From Arthrobacter sp. (GTDB lineage Bacteria; Actinomycetota; Actinomycetes; Actinomycetales; Micrococcaceae): 64,000 nucleotides of DNA. The stretch covers positions 21,117 to 85,116 of the forward strand of contig JBELZL010000007.1 of the NCBI GenBank assembly GCA_040274025.1. Direction: 5' to 3'. Positions 10,561-19,218 of this stretch are shown here, piece after piece. Every line of letters begins with the position of its first letter. The stretch's first letter is position 1. The position numbers and the translations under genes were made by a program. The notes beneath the pieces are model-generated. The model searched no databases. It saw only the letters and a list, made by a program, of their open reading frames with translations, and was not told where the DNA came from.

Positions 10561-10843
10561 ACCGGACGGTCCGGAGAGCTGCCCGGCAGGCCCGGACGTC
10601 AGAACAGCCGTGTCCGGTGGTGGCCGTGCCCGAAAGCATGCGACAATGGGAACCGAGACCCGGTCGGGTTCGTGTACCTAGTGTTCGTTCCACACTCCCC
10701 TCAGGGGAATAGGAGCAGGACGCGGTGTGTTTTCAAAGGAAACCCGCCGCGTACAGACCACTGGTTATGGCACGGACTTGACAGGGTCATAGTGGTGTTG
10801 CCCCCATGGCGGCGCCGCAGCCCGCCGTATTGAAAGGTTTTCT

Positions 10844-12100
<1,257 letters not shown>

Positions 12101-12120
12101 AATCCGGTCCCCGAAGCAGT

Positions 12121-12166
12121 AAAGGCAGTGCCCCCGCGCTTATCGCCGGGGGCACTGCCTTTTGTT
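12121..12166 (+). terminator. Rho-independent terminator of sigA
   Basis: 16-bp perfect stem: AAAGGCAGTGCCCCCG (12121-12136) pairs with CGGGGGCACTGCCTTT (12147-12162). It runs into TTTTGTT and lies 20 nt after the sigA stop. Confidence 0.75.
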
Positions 12167-12207
12167 CCGGCCGTCCAGCTTGGCGACAATCGGCGCGGAA
12201 GACAGAA

Positions 12208-12238
12208 CGAGGGCCCCTCCAATCCGGAGGGGCCCTCG
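12208..12238 (-). terminator. Hairpin terminator candidate for the 12267-12488 gene, in a convergent intergenic region
   Basis: CGAGGGCCCCTCC (12208-12220), loop AATCC, GGAGGGGCCCTCG (12226-12238). This is a perfect 13-bp stem with a T-rich sequence after it on the minus strand (GTTCTGTCTTCC). Confidence 0.55.
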
Positions 12239-12266
12239 CCAAGTCTTGGACTGCTGGTCTTAGGAA

Positions 12267-12488
12267 TTAGTCTTCCGAAGAAGCGGCCTTCTGGTGCAGA
12301 CGAGCGCTTTCGTCCTGCCACTCAGACGTCAGGGGCCGGAGGTTGGCCTCCACTGCCCGGGCGTGGTGAGCACAGAAAAGCAGTTCCCCACCGGAGGATT
12401 CCAGTACCGCGCGCACGTAAGCCTGAGCGCCGCAGCGGTCACAGCGGTCCAGCGTGTTTAGTTGACGTGTAGCAACTGCTGCTGTCAT
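12267..12488 (-). CDS. Small conserved Cys/His-containing protein, zinc-ribbon-like
   Basis: 73 aa with CDRCGAQAY...LFCAHHA (a CxxC...CxHH pattern). A protein of this size sits between sigA and the topo IV B gene in many actinobacteria. I recall it as a DUF7455-type family but have not verified that. Confidence 0.65.
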   Translation of the reverse strand: MTAAVATRQLNTLDRCDRCGAQAYVRAVLESSGGELLFCAHHARAVEANLRPLTSEWQDESARLHQKAASSED

Positions 12489-12793
12489 GAGTGCCTCCTT
12501 AAGGGTGTTGATACTTCATATAACCACCTTTGCGGGGCAGCCCTTTCCATTTGGGTGAGCCTTTCGCTCTGCGCGTACCAATGAGTAGCAGCACATGGCC
12601 GGCAACGGGGGTGGCCCGGTTCACGTTTTCGCCGGGCGGAGGTCCATTAGGCGGTGCGTGCGGCTGAGTCGCTGCCGCTCACTGTCACCGCCGGGCATTA
12701 ACCTTGTAGCAGGCCGGTTTCGCCGGCAGCCCAAGCCGCAAGGTTTCCCAACGCAATACATGGCCGCCTGAGCGGCCCTAGGAGTTCAGCACC

Positions 12794-14920
12794 GTGGTCC
12801 CCCTGGATACTGAGTACAACGCCCGGCACCTTTCTGTCCTCGAGGGTCTTGAGGCTGTCCGGAAGCGCCCCGGCATGTACATCGGCTCCACCGATTCACG
12901 CGGCCTGATGCACTGCCTCTGGGAAATCATCGACAACTCAGTGGACGAGGCTCTGGCCGGCTATGGCCAGAGCATCCGCATCATCCTGCACGCGGACAAT
13001 TCCGTGGAAATCCACGACGACGGCCGCGGCATCCCCGTAGACATCGAACCCAAGACCGGTCTCTCCGGTGTGGAAGTCGTCTTCACCAAGCTCCATGCCG
13101 GCGGCAAGTTCGGCGGCGGTTCCTACGCTGCCTCCGGCGGCCTGCACGGCGTTGGCGCGTCCGTGGTCAATGCGCTCTCTTCCCGCCTGGACGTCCAGGT
13201 GGACCGTGCCGGGAAGACGTACCAGATGACCTTCCGGCGCGGCGAGCCCGGCGTCTTTGCCGACACCGGTTCCAAGCCGTCCCCTGAAGCGAAGTTCACG
13301 CCCTTCCTGGACAGCAGCAGGCTCGAAGTGGTCGGCAAGGCGAAGCGCGGCGTCACCGGCACCCGCATCCGCTACTGGGCAGACCGGCAGATCTTCACCC
13401 CGGACGCCAAGTTCTCCTACGCTGAACTGGAGGCCCGCGCCCGCCAGACTTCCTTCCTGGTTCCCGGCCTGCGGATCACCCTCCGCGACGAACGCCGCCT
13501 GCCCGGGACCCCGGGCGAAGACGGCCCGGTTGAGGAGGTTTTCCACCACGACGGCGGCATCTCCGAGTTCGTTGAGTTCCTCGCCGCCGACGCGGCCGTC
13601 ACGGACATCTGGCGCCTGCACGGGGCGGGCAAGTTCAAGGAATCCGTTCCCGTCCTGGACGAGCGCGGGCACAGCAAAATCACCGAAGTCGAGCGCGAGT
13701 GTGAAGTGGACATCGCCCTGCGCTGGGGAATCGGCTACGAAACCAGCATCCGCAGCTTCGTGAACATCATTGCCACACCCAAGGGCGGCACGCACCAGGC
13801 CGGCTTTGAGCAGGCACTGCTGAAAACCTTCCGGAAAGTCATTGAAGCCAACGCCCGCAAGCTGAAGGCCGGCAACGACAAGATCGAGAAGGATGACGTT
13901 TTCGCCGGGCTCACGGCTGTACTCACTGTTCGGCTGGCAGAGCCGCAGTTCGAAGGCCAGACCAAGGAAATCCTGGGTACCTCCGCCGTGCGCTCCATCG
14001 TCTCCAAGGTCGTAGAGAAGGAAATAACGGCACGGCTCAACTCGCCGGCGCGCGGCGACAAGGCTCAGACCGCACTGCTGCTCGAAAAAGTGGTGTCGGA
14101 GATGAAGTCCCGCATCTCCGCACGCGTCCACAAGGAAACACAGCGGCGGAAGAATGCGCTGGAAACCTCCTCCATGCCGGTCAAGCTGGCGGACTGCCGA
14201 ATCGACGACAATGAGCGCTCCGAACTGTTCATCGTGGAAGGTGACTCCGCGCTGGGCACGGCCAAGCTGGCACGTTCCTCCGATTTCCAGGCACTGCTTC
14301 CCATCCGGGGCAAGATTCTGAACGTGCAGAAGGCATCTGTCTCAGACATGCTCTCCAACGCCGAGTGTGCGGCCCTGATCCAGGTTGTGGGCGCCGGCTC
14401 AGGCCGCAGCTTCCAGCTGGAGGCTGCACGCTACGGCAAGGTGATCTTCATGACCGACGCGGACGTCGACGGCGCACACATCCGCACGCTGCTGCTGACC
14501 CTGTTCTTTCGCTACATGCGTCCGCTGGTTGAGGCAGGCCGCGTCTATGCGGCCGTACCGCCGCTGCACCGGGTTGAAGTCATCAACCACGGTTCCAAGG
14601 CCAATGAGATGGTCTACACGTACAGCGAGAAGGAGCTGCAGCAGCTTCTGGCGCGGCTGGAGAAGGAAGGCAAGCGCTACAAGGAGCCGATCCAGCGCTA
14701 CAAGGGCCTCGGCGAGATGGACGCCGACCAGCTGGCCGAAACCACCATGGATCCCCGCCACCGCACGCTTCGCCGGATCCGTCTCAGCGAAGCCGAAGAA
14801 GCTGAACGGCACGTGGACGAGGCCACCTTTGAGCTGCTCATGGGCAGCGACGTCGCTCCCCGCAAGGAATTCATCATCGCAGGTGCCGCGATGCTGGACC
14901 GCGACCGCATCGACGCGTAA
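12794..14920 (+). CDS. parE: Type IIA DNA topoisomerase subunit B (topoisomerase IV ParE-like)
   Basis: 708 aa. GHKL ATPase N-terminus (LEGLEAVRKRPGMYIGS, EIIDNSVDEA, DDGRGIP, GGLHGVGASVVNA). Toprim motifs (FIVEGDSALGTAK, PIRGKILNV, MTDADVDGAHI). The topo IV versus gyrase assignment is inferred from context next to sigA, far from a dnaA/gyrBA locus. Confidence 0.85.
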   Translation: MVPLDTEYNARHLSVLEGLEAVRKRPGMYIGSTDSRGLMHCLWEIIDNSVDEALAGYGQSIRIILHADNSVEIHDDGRGIPVDIEPKTGLSGVEVVFTKLHAGGKFGGGSYAASGGLHGVGASVVNALSSRLDVQVDRAGKTYQMTFRRGEPGVFADTGSKPSPEAKFTPFLDSSRLEVVGKAKRGVTGTRIRYWADRQIFTPDAKFSYAELEARARQTSFLVPGLRITLRDERRLPGTPGEDGPVEEVFHHDGGISEFVEFLAADAAVTDIWRLHGAGKFKESVPVLDERGHSKITEVERECEVDIALRWGIGYETSIRSFVNIIATPKGGTHQAGFEQALLKTFRKVIEANARKLKAGNDKIEKDDVFAGLTAVLTVRLAEPQFEGQTKEILGTSAVRSIVSKVVEKEITARLNSPARGDKAQTALLLEKVVSEMKSRISARVHKETQRRKNALETSSMPVKLADCRIDDNERSELFIVEGDSALGTAKLARSSDFQALLPIRGKILNVQKASVSDMLSNAECAALIQVVGAGSGRSFQLEAARYGKVIFMTDADVDGAHIRTLLLTLFFRYMRPLVEAGRVYAAVPPLHRVEVINHGSKANEMVYTYSEKELQQLLARLEKEGKRYKEPIQRYKGLGEMDADQLAETTMDPRHRTLRRIRLSEAEEAERHVDEATFELLMGSDVAPRKEFIIAGAAMLDRDRIDA

Positions 14921-14976
14921 GAGCTGCTTCCGCCCCGAAGGCGTGCCCGGACGGCTGCTTAGACGGACCGGGCAGA

Positions 14977-15957
14977 TCAGCGGTGAATCAGGCCGGGAGA
15001 AAACAGCAGCACAGTGGGAACAGCCAGCAGCAGCACCGCCGCGGCCTGGACGAGGATGTTCAGCCAGCGGGGCAGCGGCGGCTGCGGCGTGAGCAGGCGG
15101 CTGAGCCGCGCCGCCATCCCGGTTTCGTCGTCGACTCCGCCGCCGGCTACAGCGGTACCAGACGTACCCGGCAGGCTGGCGACGGTATCAGCGCCGGCCC
15201 CCGCAGCTGACGCAGAGCCAACTATGGCGATGGCGCGGATCAGTGTTGGTCTGTCGACCTTCCTGAGCGCCTCGTCATCGGCAAGCATCTCTATCAGCTC
15301 GTTCACGGACCGCTGGGCCAGCTGCGAGGTAGGCAGCCACGGCAGGGCTGCCCGCCAGGCGGCGAAGGCCCACAGCAGCAGGTGGTGGTGCTGGCTGAGG
15401 TGTGCTTTCTCATGGGTCAGTACCCCGGAGAGCTCCTCCTCGGAAAGGATGTCCATCAGTCCGTCCGAGAGGACCGTGACGGACTGGGCGCCGCCGGGAA
15501 GGCAGTAGGCGACGGGGGAGGGGTGGGGGATGACCACTGTTGCCGGCGTGTTCAGCGAGGGGGAGCTGAGGAGGTTCAGCATGTCCCGGTGCCGTCGCCG
15601 GCCGGAGGCGATCCGGTAATAGGTCAGCAGGAGTGTGAAGACAAGATGCACGCTCAGGAGCACGGCTGCGCTGACGGCAAACACGTGGACCAGGCCCAGT
15701 GCCTCGACGGAGCGGCGCTGCAGGAGGATGTCCCAAAGTCCCCCGAGCCCCTGGGCCAGGTTATCGCCAATCGGTTCCAAGCCCCAGGTCAGCATGGCCC
15801 CGATCATTGACAGCCCACCGGCCAGGGCGATCGACTGCCACAGCACCATCGCAGTGAAGGGGGAGCGGGCGGGCCACTTGGCGCGCGAAAGCGCAACCGG
15901 AACCGGCCAGGCGAGGATTACTGCCAGTGCAGCCAGGAAATACGAGGCCCAGAACAT
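14977..15957 (-). CDS. M56 family (BlaR1-like) membrane metalloprotease without a penicillin-binding sensor domain
   Basis: 326 aa with four N-terminal TM helices and the zinc motif THEKAHLSQHHH (HExxH). A low-complexity Ala/Gly segment is followed by a single C-terminal TM. No PBP/transpeptidase-like domain is present. It lies 20 nt downstream of the BlaI-family gene. Confidence 0.85.
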   Translation of the reverse strand: MFWASYFLAALAVILAWPVPVALSRAKWPARSPFTAMVLWQSIALAGGLSMIGAMLTWGLEPIGDNLAQGLGGLWDILLQRRSVEALGLVHVFAVSAAVLLSVHLVFTLLLTYYRIASGRRRHRDMLNLLSSPSLNTPATVVIPHPSPVAYCLPGGAQSVTVLSDGLMDILSEEELSGVLTHEKAHLSQHHHLLLWAFAAWRAALPWLPTSQLAQRSVNELIEMLADDEALRKVDRPTLIRAIAIVGSASAAGAGADTVASLPGTSGTAVAGGGVDDETGMAARLSRLLTPQPPLPRWLNILVQAAAVLLLAVPTVLLFSPGLIHR

Positions 15958-15977
15958 GCGGCGCGCGGACCGTTGGC

Positions 15978-16358
15978 CTAGGCGCCGTCGAGCAGCCTGC
16001 GCAGTGTTTGCGCTTCGGTTGCCGAGACGGAACCGACGAAGCGGGCCAGGACGGCCTCGCGGTCATTCGCCGAGCCGAGGACCTCGTGCATAAGTTCTGC
16101 GGTGTGTTCGGCGCGGGTCGTCACGGCGCGGTAGCGGTGGGGGCGGATGTCTCGTTCGCGGGCCACGAGGCCCTTCTTTTCCAGGCGGGAAAGCACAGTG
16201 AGGACAGTGGTCACGGCCAGTCCCTTGGCCTCTGCGCGGCCGGCGTCGTTCTGGGCGAGACGTTCGCGGAGTTCATTGGCGGTTAACGCCTCGGAGGACT
16301 CCCACAGGAGGTCCATCATCGCACGCTCAAGCTCTCCAAGAGTCGCCATAGTCCGCAT
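15978..16358 (-). CDS. BlaI/MecI/CopY family winged-helix transcriptional repressor
   Basis: 126 aa. The pattern LGELERAMMDLLWE...LTANELRERL...TTVLTVLSRLEKKGLVARERDIRPHRYRAV is typical of the penicillinase-repressor fold. It contains no Cys residues at all, so it is not a CopY-type Cu sensor. Confidence 0.85.
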   Translation of the reverse strand: MRTMATLGELERAMMDLLWESSEALTANELRERLAQNDAGRAEAKGLAVTTVLTVLSRLEKKGLVARERDIRPHRYRAVTTRAEHTAELMHEVLGSANDREAVLARFVGSVSATEAQTLRRLLDGA

Positions 16359-16476
16359 CTTCCTTTGTCTCCGGTCCCTGGTCCGGGAGGTCGCCCCGGA
16401 CTGGTTTTCCTAGCCGCGTACGCGCCCTGGCTGGGCACGTCGAGGAGCTTAACAATACCGACTTTAACGATAGTTC

Positions 16477-16549
16477 TCTACATCACGTAGAAACATGTCT
16501 CCAAGGTGTTCTACGATTCGTAGAAGAGGAGTTCTACAGCTTGTAGAAC
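16477..16549. promoter_or_regulatory. Array of three palindromic operator-like sites (TCTAC-N5-GTAGA core) upstream of cydA
   Basis: The three sites are 16477-16491 TCTACatcacGTAGA, 16509-16525 TTCTACgattcGTAGAA, and 16531-16549 GTTCTACagcttGTAGAAC. The last site ends 24 nt before the cydA GTG. Confidence 0.6.
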
Positions 16550-16572
16550 ATGACATAACTAAGGACCTGCAC

Positions 16573-18183
16573 GTGGAAGCATTGGACATTGCCCGCTGGC
16601 AATTCGGCATAACGACGGTGTATCACTTCCTGATGGTTCCGCTGACCATCGGCCTGGGCCTGGTTGTTGCCGCCCTGCAGACTGCCTGGGTCCGCACGGG
16701 CAAGGAAGAGTACCTGCGCCTGACTAAGTTCTGGGGCAAGCTGTTCCTGATCAACTTCATCATGGGCGTGGCCACCGGGCTGGTCCAGGAGTTCCAGTTC
16801 GGAATGGCCTGGAGCGAATACAGCCGGTTCGTCGGTGACGTCTTCGGCGCACCGCTGGCGCTTGAATCCCTGCTGGCCTTCTTCACGGAGTCGGTGTTTC
16901 TGGGGCTCTGGATCTTCGGCTGGAAACGGCTGCCCCAGAAGCTTCACCTGGCAACAATCTGGCTTGCCACCGGCGCCTCGGCCCTGTCTGCCTACTTCAT
17001 CCTGGCGGCAAATTCCTGGATGCAGCATCCCGTGGGCGTGGAACTGGTGGACGGCCGGGCCGTGATGACGGATTTCTGGGCCGTCCTGACCAATAACACC
17101 CTGCTGGTTGCTTTCCCGCACACCATCACCGGCGCCTTCGCCGTGGCCGGCGGATTCCTGCTCGGCATCTCGTGGTACCACCTCTGGAAGCGGCGCCGCG
17201 ACGGCATCGACACGGTGGATGAGAACGGCCGCGTAGTCGTCGGCGAGAACGCCGCCATCGGCCGGGACAAAACCGACTACTCCGTCTGGATCAAGGCACT
17301 GCGCATCGGTGCTGCCGTCGCCGTAGTAGCTTTCGCCGGAACGGCAATCACCGGCGACCTGCAGGGCAAGCTGATGTTCGAGCAGCAGCCCATGAAGATG
17401 GCCGCGGCCGAAGCTGCCTGCCACAACGGCACTTCCTTCTCGATCCTTTCCGTCGGTGACGTCGGCGCGCAGGACTGTGAGGACGTAAAGACCCTCATCG
17501 AAGTTCCCGGTGTGCTCTCCTTCCTTGCCAACGGCGACTTCAACACTCCCGTTGACGGCGTCAACACCCTGATCCCGGAGTACCAGGAGAAGTACGGCAC
17601 CCACCTGCCCGATGATCCGATGTACGGCGAGCAGGCCGGCCAGGAGATCGACTACCTGCCGGTTATGTCCGTGACCTACTGGGGTTTCCGCATCATGATC
17701 GGCTTCGGCGCCGTCGCAGCTGGCGCGGCCGCAATCGCCCTGTGGGTTACCCGCAAGGGCACCGTGCCGGAGTCCAAGTGGCTTATGCGCCTGGCCGTGT
17801 TCGGCATCCTGGCTCCGTTCGGTGCCAACAGCGCCGGCTGGATCTTCACGGAGATGGGCCGGCAGCCCTTCGTGGTGGTTCCCAACCCCAGCTTCAGCGG
17901 CATAGACAACGTCTTTATGTTCACCGCGGCGGCGGTTTCGCCGGGTGTAAGCATGGCGGAGCTCCTCTTCTCGGTGATCTCCTTCACGGTCATCTACCTT
18001 GCCCTGCTGATCGTTGAAGTGATGCTGCTGTTCAAGTACGTCAGGGGCGGTGTCCCCTCGGCCATGCCGGAGCTGCTTCATTCAGCGGACGACGACGGCG
18101 ACGGGGACGATCCCGGCTCCAAGGACGCGCCGGGCCGGCCGGGCGGACCGAAGTCCGACGACGTTCTCGATTTCGCCTACTAG
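16573..18183 (+). CDS. cydA: Cytochrome bd ubiquinol/menaquinol oxidase subunit I
   Basis: The N-terminus VEALDIARWQFGITTVYHFLMVPLTIGLG matches the CydA consensus. A long Q-loop and 9 TM helices are present. The start was set at GTG 16573 with AAGGA at 16561-16565. The annotated ORF opens at 16495, but that extension is Arg/Cys-rich and non-homologous. Confidence 0.9.
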   Translation: MEALDIARWQFGITTVYHFLMVPLTIGLGLVVAALQTAWVRTGKEEYLRLTKFWGKLFLINFIMGVATGLVQEFQFGMAWSEYSRFVGDVFGAPLALESLLAFFTESVFLGLWIFGWKRLPQKLHLATIWLATGASALSAYFILAANSWMQHPVGVELVDGRAVMTDFWAVLTNNTLLVAFPHTITGAFAVAGGFLLGISWYHLWKRRRDGIDTVDENGRVVVGENAAIGRDKTDYSVWIKALRIGAAVAVVAFAGTAITGDLQGKLMFEQQPMKMAAAEAACHNGTSFSILSVGDVGAQDCEDVKTLIEVPGVLSFLANGDFNTPVDGVNTLIPEYQEKYGTHLPDDPMYGEQAGQEIDYLPVMSVTYWGFRIMIGFGAVAAGAAAIALWVTRKGTVPESKWLMRLAVFGILAPFGANSAGWIFTEMGRQPFVVVPNPSFSGIDNVFMFTAAAVSPGVSMAELLFSVISFTVIYLALLIVEVMLLFKYVRGGVPSAMPELLHSADDDGDGDDPGSKDAPGRPGGPKSDDVLDFAY

Positions 18184-18201
18184 CCCCACCGGAGAAACAA
18201 A

Positions 18202-19218
18202 GTGACGCTAGCAACATTCTGGTTCATCGTTATCGCCTTCCTGTGGGTCGGCTATCTCTTCCTCGAGGGCTTCGACCTCGGCGTGGGCATGCTTATGAAA
18301 CTCTTCGCCCGCAACGAAAAGGAGCGGCGGGTTCTGCTCAACACCATCGGCCCGGTCTGGGACGGCAACGAGGTCTGGCTCGTCACCGCCGGTGCCATGA
18401 CCTTCGCCGCGTTCCCGTACTGGTATGCGTCGCTGTTCTCGGCGCTCTACCTTCCGCTGACGCTGGTGCTGCTGGGACTCATCTTCCGTGCCGTCGCCAT
18501 TGAGTACCGCGGCAAGGGCCACACCCAGCGCTGGCGCGACCGCTGGGACTGGGCCATGGCCCTGGGTTCCTTCGTGAGTGCCTTCGGTGTCGGTGCGGCA
18601 CTTGCCCTCACCTCCACCGGACTGCCGCTGAACGAGAACGGCGACCGGGTGGGCGGCGCCTTCGCCTGGCTGACCCCCTGGGCCGTCCTTGGCGGTCTCG
18701 CCGTTGTTGGGTTCGCACTCGTGCACGCCTGCGCCTTCCTGATGCTGAAGACCGACGGCGAGATCCGCCAGCGTGCCCGGCGCGTCCTCGTGCGGTGGCT
18801 GCCCCTTGGCATTCTCCCGCTGGCAGTCTGGGCAGTCGGCGTCCAGTTCCTGAGCGGTGAACTCTTCTCCCTGATCCCGCTGGCTGTAGCGGTCGTCGCC
18901 GTGGTGGTGGCCTGGCTGATGGCCTACCGGGGAATGGAAGCGCTGTCCTTCGCCTTCCTAGGCGTGTTCCTGCTGGCCGGCGCCGTCTCGATCTTCGCCG
19001 CCATGTACCCCGTGGTCCTGCCGTCCACGCTGGACGCTGCCTGGAACCTGACCGTGGAGAATGCTTCCTCGACCCCGTACACGCTCAAGGTGATCACCTG
19101 GGTCTCCGTGTTTGGGCTGCCGATCGTGCTGCTCTACCAGGGCTGGACCTACTGGGTCTTCCGCAAGCGTGTCACCACGCAGTCCATTCCTGACGTCCAC
19201 AAGATCACTGTCCAGTGA
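18202..19218 (+). CDS. cydB: Cytochrome bd oxidase subunit II
   Basis: 338 aa. The N-terminus TLATFWFIVIAFLWVGYLFLEGFDLGVGML is the CydB hallmark. The gene lies immediately downstream of cydA. Confidence 0.9.
   Translation: MTLATFWFIVIAFLWVGYLFLEGFDLGVGMLMKLFARNEKERRVLLNTIGPVWDGNEVWLVTAGAMTFAAFPYWYASLFSALYLPLTLVLLGLIFRAVAIEYRGKGHTQRWRDRWDWAMALGSFVSAFGVGAALALTSTGLPLNENGDRVGGAFAWLTPWAVLGGLAVVGFALVHACAFLMLKTDGEIRQRARRVLVRWLPLGILPLAVWAVGVQFLSGELFSLIPLAVAVVAVVVAWLMAYRGMEALSFAFLGVFLLAGAVSIFAAMYPVVLPSTLDAAWNLTVENASSTPYTLKVITWVSVFGLPIVLLYQGWTYWVFRKRVTTQSIPDVHKITVQ

Noticed and set aside
10778-10783. A TTGACA hexamer about 60 nt upstream of sigA as the -35 element of the sigA promoter.
   Set aside because: No acceptable TANNNT -10 lies 16-19 nt downstream (the sequence there is GGTGTTGCCCCCAT), so the promoter call is not supportable.
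16440-16572. A Rex (ROP) or CRP/FNR-type operator upstream of cydA, as described for other actinobacteria.
   Set aside because: I found no TTGTGAA-N4-TTCACAA-like or TGTGA-N6-TCACA-like sequence by eye. The only dyads present are the three TCTAC-N5-GTAGA sites.
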